A DNA stretch of 58,506 bases, counting the filler, from Sphacelaria rigidula (taxonomy: Eukaryota), in assembly GCA_964200075.2 (NCBI GenBank). It is 7 parts of 7 records of this genome, joined end to end, with 100 filler letters (N's around TTAATTAATTAA, not from the genome) between each part and the next. Parts side by side here need not be neighbours in the genome. Positions count along the whole stretch, not along the records: positions 33,491 to 41,762 come from CAXNAA020011705.1; positions 41,863 to 50,134 come from CAXNAA020011706.1; positions 50,235 to 58,506 come from CAXNAA020011707.1; 4 more parts are not named here. One strand, written 5' to 3'. The translations under genes and the position numbers were made by a program. How positions within the stretch are numbered: position 1 is the first letter of the stretch; each line of letters starts with the position of its first letter. Below are positions 40,360 to 51,403 of the stretch, piece after piece. The notes beneath the pieces are model-generated. The model did no database searches. It was not told the origin of the DNA and saw only the letters and a program-made list of their open reading frames with translations.

Positions 40360-40412
<53 letters not shown>
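40348..40412 (+). repeat. (GTT)n microsatellite
   Basis: About 21 units, one GCT interruption. Confidence 0.95.
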
Positions 40413-40413
<1 letters not shown>

Positions 40414-41289
40414 ACTATATGTCAAGAATACAGCAGAGAATGGGGGGGAAGGCGAACGTATGAGCAGCTCACCTTCTTTGTCGCAGCTTTGTTGGAAAGT
40501 ATCATCACCCCTACGCAGACGGTTCGGGATTTTTTCTTCTCCTTTTGTCATACTCTTCACCCGTCCTCTTCTTCAGGACGAGTCAGCAGTCTTCAAGGGA
40601 TCGAGCAACCCATCCCTCCCTCAGTACATGTCAAGCTTTTTTCGTATCGCGGACTAAATCAACATTTCCGTACCGCGTCCACTTTCGTGCCATTTTTTTC
40701 TTCGTTACTCACGTCCTGATATTTTTACTGACAGCATCCGATGATCCTCAGAATATAAAAACGCGTCTGTCGGGACCAAGCCCCCAACTCCGCCCTTACC
40801 TACTCTTCGATGTACCTGTCAGACTTTCGGAGCACGACGGCAACCGGTCGATATGTATGTATATATATATATTGGCGCAACATACGTTGTGACCCGGGAT
40901 TTCCATGTGATATCGGCCGACAAAAAAATAGGAGGTTAGTTCACCGGCGTTGGGCTAGAAACGTCCATGGTTGACACAATTTTACAAGTATCGCTACCCC
41001 TAACCCTAACCTCAATCCAACGCATATCTAGAACCTTCGGGCAAGGGCGGTATATACACTCCCTAGGCAAAGCGCGGCCTTGGTAGACCCCAAATCGTCG
41101 CCTGTGGCGCCGATTTCAACGAAAACGCGTTCTGCGCACGCGAGGAGCACACAGGACTGTCAGCCCTACTAAAATTCCGAGTCTTGTTGTACACACTAAA
41201 ATCAAGTACTATCAACCATGAACATTTGTAGCCCAACGCCGGTAAACTTTACTGAAAAATACAGTCGCCGCACCGCAGTGATGTGAATT

Positions 41290-41640
41290 AAAATGGTCCA
41301 ACTGACACATGAGAGTGGAGAGAGAGACTGCAGGTTCGGTTCCCGTCGGATGCGTTTGTGCTTTTTTATTCCAAATATCTGATTTCCGTCGTTGAACGCG
41401 TGGTGACGTGAGGAGCAAGCAGAGTCTGTCGGCTGAGTTTGTTTGACGAGAGTCGACACGGGCGGAAGGGAAAGCTGAATCCAATCCGCGAGACCGAAAT
41501 ACGAGGCGTGTACCGATCGGGGAGAGATGGGTTGGTCCATCAAGACCACGGGCTCGTCCCCAGGAAGGGGACGAGTTAAAAGTGTACCCTGAAGAGCAAA
41601 ATAAAAATGGTAACAAGAGATAAAACAGACTTCCTCCCCA
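41290..41640 (+). mobile_element. Decayed SINE-like family B copy
   Basis: B-box-like GGTTCGGTTCCC; shares ATTTCCGTCGTTGA..GCGTG and GACGAGAGT blocks with the minus-strand copy at 53230-53397. Confidence 0.45.
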
Positions 41641-41762
41641 ATATAAACTCATCCTACATCATCACCCCCCCCTACCCCCCGCATGCTCCGTCTCGAAAGG
41701 AGTGCGAGGGAAATGGTCCAAAAACGAAGGCAGGCCACAAATGGGTGCGGCCGCGTCACACC

Positions 41763-41862
41763 NNNNNNNNNNNNNNNNNNNNNNNNNNNNNNNNNNNNNN
41801 NNNNNNTTAATTAATTAANNNNNNNNNNNNNNNNNNNNNNNNNNNNNNNNNNNNNNNNNNNN
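41763..41862. other. Artificial contig spacer
   Basis: N44-TTAATTAATTAA-N44. Confidence 0.99.
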
Positions 41863-42116
41863 GGGGTTGAGCGGGGGCCTTTCCCGACCGGTTTGTTTTG
41901 TCGATGGCCAGTCGTAAACGGGCACCCACTGACCAGTACGCCCCCCCCCTCCCCCCTTTCCATTTTGATCGGCACTGGAGGTTCATGTGGACAAACAAGG
42001 TCTGTAGGGCAACGGAACGATCTCTCCATATTTCTCTTGAATATATTTTGACATCTCCTGTGGTTGCCGGCAACATCCCTCCTGTCACCACCGCGCCCCA
42101 TCTGCTTCCTCAACAG

Positions 42117-42734
42117 CACATGAACTATCGTTGTTTCGACGATTGGACTTCGGCCGCAGCCTTCCTCGCTCTGGAGAAAAAATGCGATTTGTGCGGAATC
42201 GTCCCGCCGCCTTCGGCCGCCACGACCCCCACCGCTGATTTATCCACATCCGTGCTCCCCATTGCTGCAGTCAGCGATGAAAGTACGGCGGAACTCACCG
42301 CAGTGAAAAACGCAACGCCGCGGCGACAAGAAAATGAAGAACGCGGGAACGATCCCCGTTTTCACAGTTCGGGAACGGTGCCGGTTCCGTTTCCCGTCGC
42401 GGTCCCCGTCATTTCCTGTGCAGAAGATACCAAGGGCACCGTTATGAAATATGCAGACACAGTGGAAAATGACTGTTGTAGTAGTGGAAAATTTTGTCGG
42501 CGTCGCGGTGCGGGTAATAGGTCTACGGCGGTGCGTCGTCGGCCGTTCCGCAGAAGCACGGCGTTCTTGGTGGGTCATCGTAACCGTCTGGAGGGCCCGG
42601 CGTTGGAGGTATGCGATTTTCTGGTGCACGTGGACCAACAGCGGGTGAACGGCGCTCCAGTTATGGAAGTGGACGCTCCCGTGACGACATCTATTGCGTT
42701 GCATCATTTCACTGCATGGGCGCAGTATCCTGAG
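42117..42734 (+). CDS. Divergent SpoU/TrmH (SPOUT) tRNA/rRNA methyltransferase-family protein, internal exon
   Basis: HMNYRCF...EKKCDLCGI and PFRRSTAFLVG...EVCDFLVHVDQ...SIALHHFTAWAQYPE resemble plant/algal SpoU proteins (CDICGVEI, PFRRSTAFLLGNEG, CDFFVYIPQ, SIVLHHFGVWA); CAG and GT boundaries, 618 nt, phase 0. Confidence 0.85.
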
Positions 42735-43346
42735 GTGCGAAGGACACGGCAGAGGGTGCAGAAGATAATCTGATGCTTCTAATAATAGTGATGGTAGGAC
42801 GGTACGTTTTGCTGGGGTGCGGTCAACCCCACGTTCCTAACATTTATGTTTGGGAGATTCATTCAAGAACATGTTTTTGATAATATTGATTCAATCGTAA
42901 AACTAGCACTGACGAGAGGCTTTGCTACGGCACCTCTTGGACACTCGGCGTTGCTGAAATCAAACTCAGCCGTGTGCGTGTACTGCTCTTGTCTACTGTC
43001 TTCCTTTCCTTACGTTTTATTTATTTTATTTTTATTTTCTTTCATTTCTTTCATTTTTCTCCTTTTTTTTCTAATCACGAGCTCGAGTGTTGCAATCAGC
43101 TACGTAATGCGCGATCATCATATTTTTGTGTTGTTCGTGATTGTGTTTGTGTTTGTGTTTGCTTGTCGTTATTTTTTGTTGTTGTTTATTGCCGTTGTTG
43201 TTTGTTTTTGTTGTTGTTTGTTGTTGTTGTTGTTGTTTTTGTTTTTGTTGTTATCGCTGCCCCCTTTCTTTCCTTTCTGAGGCCGTTGCTTCTGTCTTTT
43301 TTCTGTTTATTTTATTATTTTATTTTCTGTTCTATTTTTGCTGCTC

Positions 43347-43412
43347 CTGACCACGGGCTGGATTGTTGCAATCAGCTAATGTGAGATAACCAATCAATCA
43401 ATCAATCAATCA
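43347..43412 (+). repeat. Retroposon-like 3' tail ending in (CAAT)n, with a partial duplicate at 43071-43118
   Basis: CACG(A/G)GCT..TGTTGCAATCAGCTA occurs twice; the second copy is followed by (CAAT)5. Confidence 0.45.
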
Positions 43413-44075
43413 ACTGTATCCTTTCCTCATAAAATATTGCGTCAAAGGGCCCAGCTGGACCGGATATCGTTCAGTGGATCGTTTTATGCAATTACGAAGA
43501 ATGAAGCTGCCATTTGTTTTCGCATATACGTATGAGTATCTTGTGTCCGACCTCTCTCCTGGAAATGTCGACCCAGGCACATCCACACACAAAATACCTA
43601 AGAATGTCGCGAAAACGTCGCTGGCTTGAACCGTATTTTTGCTTCAAAACCTGAGTCGTCGCAACACTTACTATTGAGTGCACTGTTTTGGCTACAGCTC
43701 CAGAAGCTACGAATATTGATGCATTTCTTTTCTTCTCCTTGCGCTTGAAAGGTGGCAATCAGTTATTGTGTGAAAAAATACACTGTAGTATGTACACCGT
43801 CGCAAGCTTGAACTTTGATGTCAATCAGCGACCCACTCGCCCCAGAAAATGTCACGCTTTGTTGTCTCGCGCGGTCGTTGGATCTCAGACCATAGTTTGG
43901 GTCCGTAGTTCCCACGAAAGACTTGCAGTATTCGCCGACCGATGTAACATTTTCATATTTTTTCTCATTCGCTGCTACCCCGTCTTGCGACGGTGGCATC
44001 CAGCGACGATATACAGGCGACCGTTATATCATTTTTTTTTTTTTCCCTTCACTGCTCCCCTGCTGCGCCATCCAG

Positions 44076-44147
44076 CGACGATATACCGGCGAAAAGTTCG
44101 ACGTCGAGACGGACTTGCCACGGTATCGCCCGCCGGAGGAAGGCAAG
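44076..44147 (+). CDS. SpoU-like gene, penultimate exon
   Basis: RRYTGEKFDV resembles the conserved RxxxGxKFxV that follows the SPOUT domain; polypyrimidine tract with CAG, AAG|GTGGGA donor, 72 nt, phase 0. Confidence 0.75.
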
Positions 44148-44996
44148 GTGGGAAGAAGATGACCAGGGGCCTGGCTGTCGATAGTAGAAACCATGCTGGT
44201 ACTGAACAGGAGTTGCATTCTAGATGTTTTGAATTACTATATATCGAATTGATTATCACCTGCATCACATACTCTTTTCAACGCAGCTGCGTGGAAAGAA
44301 CGTCCCCAGAGTTCGGAAGTTTGCCTGTTGGAAGTCTCTTTTGGCCCGAAGGTGCCTGCACCACTGCCGCCCGGCCATTTTAGTGGACGATGAACTGTAG
44401 CACTACTTTCGGTTCTCGTGAAGACAAGCGTTCGAGAGCTGTTTAATATAGAAATGTTGAGTCGTGTTCAGGGATCGTGCGTTGTGGGCGACTGAGCTGC
44501 TGTTGTTCAGTTGCCCGAAAATATTGACCAATGAAAACACCGCAACTTTTACGCATCACCCCTGCTCCTGTGTTATGTTCTACGGTATTGGATGGTGCTG
44601 TTCGAGGTTGAGGGTGAAATGCCTGTCGACTTGTTTCAGTTTAGTCTAGCTGTCAAGGGGGACTACGCCATGTTGCGCTGCAGCTGTGGGTTCAAGAGAC
44701 AGGCAAGATTGTGAAACCTTGATGGCGGTGCTCGCGGGTCCAATGTGACGTGGCACTCCGATGATCAACGTTGACAAATGGCCATTATCGCAATATGTCG
44801 GGGCCATTGATCTACCACAGCAGCTCTTTCGACGATCAGTTTCCACGCTTGTCTTTGCCCCTAGCAACGTAGGCTGAGACAATAATGCACGCTCTAGCGT
44901 TGGCAACGAGACGACACTTTTTTTACCTTGCATCTGCACGGTTGCTGCTGGCGTGCATATTTCCCAAGTCTTTGTCCCTGTCTCTGTATCGGTCTC

Positions 44997-44997
<1 letters not shown>

Positions 44998-45043
<46 letters not shown>
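44998..45043 (+). repeat. (GT)n microsatellite
   Basis: Direct reading. Confidence 0.95.
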
Positions 45044-45045
<2 letters not shown>

Positions 45046-45316
45046 ATATATCTGTCTGTCTATCTGTTTCTGTCTCCCCCTCCTGTCCATGATCATACCC
45101 ACTAGTGCGCGGTGAACCCACACATTGCGAAGCACGAGGTGCGCAAGGCGGGCTACGCGAATAATCATTGCATCAAGGCCTCCTCCGTAGTGCTTTGGAC
45201 TTTGCAAAGCACACCAATCTTCGATTGAGCGCAGTCACCCGACATGCAGTACGTGCAGCTCCTTTTGTAAAAAAGTTCAGCAACTTCGTCGTTCCTTTTT
45301 TTCTTTCAACCTTCAG

Positions 45317-45502
45317 GTGAGCGAGGAGAAGCGTGCCCTCGCGCGAGAGCGGGAGCGATTACGACAGGAACGGCTTGCAGCAGATCCACTGGAAGCCGGC
45401 GCGGGAGGGTCCGAAGAAGATGCTTGGGGTGACGCTGGATTAGGGTGGCTTTCGATGCCAACGGGAGATTATGTTGCTACTTCCGACGGCGGAGATTATT
45501 AA
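45317..45502 (+). CDS. SpoU-like gene, last exon (charged/acidic tail)
   Basis: Strong polypyrimidine tract with TTCAG acceptor; VSEEKRALARERERLRQE...GGDY*; phase 0. Confidence 0.7.
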   Translation: MSEEKRALARERERLRQERLAADPLEAGAGGSEEDAWGDAGLGWLSMPTGDYVATSDGGDY

Positions 45503-45601
45503 GATTTTAGCTCCCCCGATGTTAGCTACGTTGTCAAATGTGGAGGGGGCCGATGAGTATTATGGTGTGCTCGGTTCGAAATATTGCACACCTAAGTGTA
45601 C

Positions 45602-45890
45602 TCGCCCCGGTGGCTCAGTTGGTATCCTCCAAACCTTCTGGCGGTTGGCTTGTGGTTCGAATCTCGGAGCGATCTGGGATTTTTCGTCACACCTTGCTCA
45701 ACAGTGGAGATCGGCTGTGTCGTGGGTACACAAAATTCGACTCAATGTTTGACGAGTGAAAGGGACCGCTGAACCCTTCTCGCGATGAAAACAAAGCAGG
45801 CAGCGCCGAAGGAACGCGGAGTAGTAAAACGAAAAAACAACTCCTGTGTTGGCCTTCCTCCTGTGTGACCCCGGCTGATGCGCCCACATA
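45602..45890 (+). mobile_element. SINE family A, 3'-truncated
   Basis: A box TGGCTCAGTTGG (45611-45622), B box GGTTCGAATC (45654-45663); stops at GCGCCCACATA. Confidence 0.85.
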
Positions 45891-46232
45891 GGTCGCCTCG
45901 ACGGTTGGGTCGTGGGTTCGAATCTCGGTGAAGTCACACGAACTGGGATTTTTTCTCGCACCATGCCCAACAGTGGAAATAGATCATGTCTTGGGTACAC
46001 AAAGTTCGACTGAGCGGTCGACGAGGGAAAGGGACTGCTAAACCTCTCTCGCGATAAAACAACAAGGCAAGCACCGCAGAAGGGAGGTGGATGGAGTAGT
46101 AAAACAAAATCAAAACCAAAACTCTTGTCTTCGCCTTCCTCCTGTGTGATCCCTGCTGATGCGCCCACACATACCGAAAGGTGCAGACTAGCGTCCAGAA
46201 TGGATGGAATGACCGCACACACAACACACACA
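45891..46232 (+). mobile_element. SINE family A, second copy fused directly to the first; A-box region deleted
   Basis: GGTCGCC start, GGTTCGAATC, full body and ACACACAACACAC tail. Confidence 0.85.
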
Positions 46233-46349
46233 TGTCGCCAATCAATGGCGCGGGCTACCAAGAGTGATCGAGTGATTGATTATCGCACTTTAACCCCCCA
46301 GTGATCCAGCTGTGGTCACACGATAGACGTACCCGAGACGATAGATTAC

Positions 46350-46859
46350 TAAGTTTGTGTTCTGTAGGGTACAGGTATTTCCCGGAGGGTATGATATTCC
46401 TGACAGAGTATACAGAACTATCAGTTACTGGTATGAAAAATGACTGTAGTTACGGAACCTGCCGGGTGGCGTATGGGAGGCTTACAGAACTCACAGAACA
46501 GAACTTGTCGAGTGGGTTATGACGGTTGCACAAAAAACCGCACCCGCGACCGATTATTTTCACCATGATATATCCACACACCGGGTAAGAGTAAGCATTT
46601 TGTACAGAACTTACTTACAGAAAACTTGCCAGGTAAGGGTATGGGATGCCTACAGAAGTCACAGAACTGTCGGGTACCGGCATGAAAGTCTTATAGAACT
46701 CAGAAATATCGGGTAGGGGTATGAAAGTCGTACAGAAGTTACGAAATTGTCGGGTACCGGTATGAAAGTCTGACAGGCACGCATAACCCGGGTACGCGTA
46801 ATACCCAGGACCACACCCCTGCTATACACAAAACCCGTACCCCACAGAACACAACCTTG
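46350..46859. mobile_element. MITE with ~27-bp TIRs and internal ACAGAACT(T/C)ACAGAA and GGGTACCGGTATGAAAGTC repeats (hAT-like)
   Basis: Left TAAGTTTGTGTTCTGTAGGGTACAGGT; right reverse complement CAAGGTTGTGTTCTGTGGGGTACGGGT; no TSD seen. Confidence 0.75.
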
Positions 46860-47212
46860 AACACGACCATCAACGTCGATGGTCTGCACGTTGCTATTTG
46901 AACCCCCTGGTGGCGCGGATGAACAGCCTCCACTCGGGCCACCTCTCGAGTCTAGGGGTAAGCCATCCTGACGGTCTGCATTCTTGCTCATGTTTCGTGT
47001 TTCCACTCGGTACCCCGTAACCCGCTAGAGTACGAAACGTACATGCTTGATTTTTTGTGTGTTGAGTGAACGAGGGGGGGTTCTCCATGTGCCGGATTCG
47101 GCCGTTTCCCGACAGGCCTTCAGTGGCTCTGAAATAGAGCGATGCACGCGTTGCTGCCACCATTCTGCTTTCCTACAGGACGTATGTTCTAGAATTCATG
47201 ATACGACATGTA

Positions 47213-47577
47213 TGTGTGTGTTGTGTTGTCATCCCATGTATTCTGGACGTCGGTCTAGACCTTTTTCGGTATATGTGGGCGCATCAGCCGGGGTCACACA
47301 GGAGGAAGGCCAAGACGGAAGTTTTTTTTTTCTGTTTTATTTGTTTTAGTTCTCGACCTTTCTTCTGCGGTGCTTGCCTTTATTTTTTATCGCGAGTGGG
47401 GTTCAGCAGTTCCTTTCCGTCGTCGACCGTTAAGTCGAAGTTTGTGTACCCACGACATAACCCCTCTCCATTGTTGGGCATCATGTGAACCCCCCCCCCC
47501 AGATGGCTCCGATATTCGGATCCACGACTCAACCGTCAGAGACTTCCGAGAATCGCAACTGAGCCACCGGGGCGACC
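47213..47577 (-). mobile_element. SINE family A, full length
   Basis: GGTCGCCCCGGTGGCTCAGTTG head, conserved body and tail. Confidence 0.85.
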
Positions 47578-49734
47578 GACCGGCTCTCACGTACTGTAAC
47601 ATAATGTTATTTGTTGACATCTGAAATGCTCTGCGATTGGTATATTTGCCGACGAACTTTGCTGAGACGGCAACTAAATGTCGTCGCCAGGATATGCACT
47701 ACAATAATAATGGCTACTCATGCCATCGGTTTACGCCTCTGATACGTAAATAATCGAAGCCGTACACCAACAGAACCGGCACATGATCTTAGTGCAAATT
47801 CCTGGCATCACAATCCCCCCCCCCATACACACAACGGGTGATAATCATTCTCGTTTGGGCACCATTATTACCTGAGCAGAGTCAGCCCCGCAATAGACGC
47901 GGTGCTTCGCGAATTGCACAATAGACTTGGTCAGATCGGCCGTGTTGGTTTGCGTTCCTCTCTGATGCCGCTCTCTGCATGCGTCTGTGTGTCCCGTAGG
48001 AAGCGGTGGCCTGAACTTTCCCCCCCATCTGATTAATGGTTGGGGTGGGCAGTAGTGACGGACTCGATGTATAGATTGTGTGCATGTATTCCTGCAGTAA
48101 TATGATACCGCATGGGTTATGTATAACACAGACTAGAGTTAAAATGGGTGAAACAATTGAAAAGGAGTCTGCCAGACAGGCTACTCGCGCCCTGTTCTCA
48201 TGTATCATAATAAAAAGGTTGAATGCTGCTTCGGACTGGCTTTGCGTATTTCACCAAAGATTGATCGATATTATAATCATATGCAGGGTCGTTTGCATCA
48301 CATCGTACCGTTTCTTTGCATGGGAATACAATCCTTATCATGCTTCATTCTTCCATGCACTATATTCTCCCCGCATGTTCCACCCTTCGACCGCGGATCT
48401 GAGTATGGTGGCCAGTGTGAAGAAAATGGATCCAGACCAGTTTGGATCTTTGCCGTCGTGCGGCAGTACGGGCTCCGTGACACAGAGTGGGGTAGAAAGA
48501 AGCGCGCGGCTCGGGGGGTCAGCTCTGAATTCTAACACCCATTCCTTTGTACCATGAAACCAGAGCTCAGCTGGTCTGACCAGGTACGTATACTCGCTTC
48601 GACCTCGGCCGATAAGTTGAAATTGACCTCAGACGTTCACGCAGACGTTGCAGCTGAAGTCAATTCTCGTCCAACTTTCAGAAATGATGTCGAAGGCCGC
48701 GAAATACTCAGAGCTCGGCACATTATAACCGTGCGGCAAAGTAAGATGCTTCACCCAGTGGGCAAGCTGTCGTGTTATCATATCACGGTAAGTCTAAAAT
48801 TGGGCTGATATGTATGTACGGCGAGCCGCGAACGCTCGTGAAGGTCCCTTATGCATGTATGTACTGTGCGGTGTTCTCACATGCAGCCATCATGGAGCCT
48901 TGCGCACATACATCACAGAGGTACTGGTGCTTTTGTATGTATTATGTTGTACATTCACGGTATACACTGCAGCACAGGACAGCTTACACGTGCCCTGTGC
49001 AGCAGTGTTCCATATTCGGCCAGTACAAGGTACGGCATTCGCGAATTAGAGGGTTGTCATTGATGGCGTTCGCTATATCCGTGATATCATATCATTCACG
49101 CGCTTCTTGTGCTTGGCACGGCAGCCGACCATCATTTCTCCCCAAGAAGCTGCAACCTTATAACCCTTACGTAGACTACGAGGTAGTCATTTCCCAGCGA
49201 GTCTGTGTGTATTTCCCTCGAGTATTTGTGACTTGATTCAACTATACGAGCATCCTTTCAGTGAAGGTTCCTCCCAAACTTCTCACTGTAGCTGTTCACA
49301 TACTTCGTTTTCACCGCTTTTGCGCACCACTTCTTGGATACCCAAGGGGATACTCTCTCTTGAGGTGTCTGAATTCAAAAAAAGGGAGGGGGAGTTGAGT
49401 TGGCGACGTGGGAGTCGGCCAACTATTCGGGTTTAGTGCGCACAAACAAAGAATCGGGTTCAGTATACCACCCAAAAACTACTGCATTTTAGAGTGGGCA
49501 CGAATTGCCTGGTTTCAGTGTATGGCTACAGCTGTGCTTGACATTACTTCACGGTTCGGACGAATCATCGACGGTTCGAATTACCAAACCCACGATTTTC
49601 CAGGCCTGATCGCTAAGAAAAGATGAAGAGAAAAAAGTTGACCGCTGGTCGATAAGCTCTCCACGCAATTGTTGCGCCACACCACGTGCCTGGGCTGCGC
49701 GTACCTGGGTTGGAACGCTGAAAACAAAGCTTAA

Positions 49735-49832
49735 CCCTTAGACCGCGAGATTAGTCTTTCTGGACCATGCATAATTTTTTTCACTTGAAATTGATGCCGA
49801 TTCAACAGAGGACTAACCTCGCCGTCTAAGGG
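49735..49832. mobile_element. 98-bp piggyBac-type MITE with intact TTAA target-site duplication
   Basis: TTAA|CCCTTAGACCGCGAGATTAGTC ... GACTAACCTCGCCGTCTAAGGG|TTAA; 22-bp TIR with 2 mismatches. Confidence 0.9.
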
Positions 49833-50085
49833 TTAAGGATCAATTTTTACGGTAAGAATCGACAACACTACTAAAGTCAAGTAATTTCCAGACGAATCAT
49901 TCATTGTCCGACCCTTGCATCACTTCATGTTTCATGTGGAAAGCACGTTCCAGACGTTCCTGGGGTTCCGAAAATCTGGTCGCCCAGGCATCTACCAGAA
50001 GCTATTCCTCATGGTCAATAATATGCTAGCTGTCTGGTTTGTTATCCTTCGTGTGTACACTCTACACCAACGGACCTAGAGTCTC

Positions 50086-50134
50086 TGTGTGTGTGTTGTC
50101 GTCCCATTTATTCTGGGCACCAGTCTACACCTTT
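50086..50134 (-). mobile_element. SINE family A tail, cut by the contig end
   Basis: TGTGTGTTGTCGTCCCATTTATTCTGGGCACCAGTCTACACC. Confidence 0.75.
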
Positions 50135-50234
50135 NNNNNNNNNNNNNNNNNNNNNNNNNNNNNNNNNNNNNNNNNNNNTTAATTAATTAANNNNNNNNNN
50201 NNNNNNNNNNNNNNNNNNNNNNNNNNNNNNNNNN
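50135..50234. other. Artificial contig spacer
   Basis: N44-TTAATTAATTAA-N44. Confidence 0.99.
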
Positions 50235-50306
50235 GGTGGATCGGTCAGGTCGGAAGCCGCATTGTTCCTCCGGTAATATCCCGTGCGTTTCGCAGTAGTC
50301 GCTGAT
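50235..50306 (-). mobile_element. RTE-type LINE reverse-transcriptase fragment (5' truncation junction)
   Basis: ISDYCETHGILPEEQCGFRPDRST carries the LPEEQCGFR motif of RTE-clade RT. Confidence 0.8.
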
Positions 50307-50411
50307 ACTGCCGCCCAGAATAGATGAAACGACAACACACAGTGATTTTTGCGGGACTCTCACTCGATTCGGGACGTGTGCGGATGCGTGTAACACAACA
50401 TGCGCTCCTAC

Positions 50412-50479
50412 CTGGACGCAGGTCTCGTAGCGCTCCTCTCCTTGTCCAGTAACAACGGCGTATTCGAGAACGACGCTAT
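50412..50479 (-). CDS. GT-A-like gene, 7th visible exon
   Basis: TAG acceptor, CAG|GTAGGA donor; phase 1 to 0; DSVVLEYAVVTGQGEERYETCVQ. Confidence 0.65.
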
Positions 50480-50959
50480 CTAGAAGCAGGCAGACAAAGA
50501 GACAGGCAGACAGGCACATCCTTGCCTTAGCACTCGTGAATACGAGCACAGTTGGGACTCACCGACACACCACCAGTGTTTGAGAAAGTTCGGCTGGGTG
50601 TCGGGAGTGGGTATAGATCAGACCCCTGTATTTCGGTTCGGGAGGCACTCGGTTAGCTACGTGAACCCTTCATTGGCAGGAACACCCTGTATGTTTTCCA
50701 ACTGCACGAGAAGAAGACATCACCGGCAACCGTCTCGAAACAAGCAATCGTCGTGAATGATCGCAAACTTTGATTACTTTTTCGTTACTCTTCCACTTTT
50801 TTCACCCCGCTACCCTTCAAAAAGGACGATATGCAAGGGTACAAGGGTTTCCGCGTACGATATCCTAATCCGGCATTGTTTCCTTTTTTTTTACCACGCT
50901 GATACTTCGCCCACAATTACACCAATCGAGTCCAGACCAAGGGCGCATATTATACTTAC

Positions 50960-51403
50960 CCTCAGCAGACGCGTGACCAAATTTGGGGCTGAGCACCTTC
51001 ACGCCGACGCTCCCCCACTGCTCATCCATCGCTCCTCCCTGCTCCTCCGGGATGGCAACTCCATCCGGGAAGATCGCTTCGCCTCTTTCATAACGCTCAT
51101 ATTCGGCCCCGACACCTCCTGCCGGAATGCCACCTACTTCCTCACTGCTGCCGCCGCGTGAATAACCCTCGTCCTCCCTACGATGGCCATCATACCGCGG
51201 GTGGTCATGGTGCTGCGGATGGTGCGGCGGGTCGCCACTGTCCGGTATGAGACACATGGTTCGTTGGCGCTCGGTCCAAGACCCGGAGTCTAGCCGTTCA
51301 CAGCCGGGCTTGACTCCCTCTCCTCTCGCCCTGTCCCCACCATCTGAGCCTTCTTCACCACCATCTTCTCGTCGAACGCTGATGTCCCCGGGCTCTTCGA
51401 CAC
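50960..51403 (-). CDS. GT-A-like gene, 6th visible exon (acidic/Gly-rich linker)
   Basis: 444 nt open, phase 1 to 1, AAG acceptor, GTAAGT donor. Confidence 0.75.

Noticed and set aside
40997..41011. CCCTAACCCTAACC telomere-like motif
   Set aside because: Only about two units, internal to repeat-like sequence.
42846..43384. Hydrophobic F/L/V/C-rich ORFs resembling membrane proteins
   Set aside because: Translation of T-rich and (GTT)n low-complexity intron sequence.
45317..45502. Exon first considered as the continuation of syntaxin-18
   Set aside because: It is on a different contig, ends in a stop with no SNARE or TM domain, and fits the SpoU-like gene.
46155..46200. CTGATG...GAAA in SINE A as a hammerhead ribozyme, or TTCCTCCTGTG as an HDV-like core
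   Set aside because: The core reads CTGATGC rather than CTGANGA, the GAAA is a hairpin loop, and no three-stem or nested-pseudoknot pairing could be built by eye.
46430..46780. Repeated ACAGAACT motifs as a CRISPR-like array
   Set aside because: Irregular spacing, no unique spacers, enclosed by TIRs; a MITE.
48400..48590. Possible exon ending GACCAG|GTACGT
   Set aside because: No recognisable product, acceptor or partner exon.
8274..50234. Regularly spaced TTAATTAATTAA motifs and ORFs running into X residues
   Set aside because: Artificial spacers, not biological.
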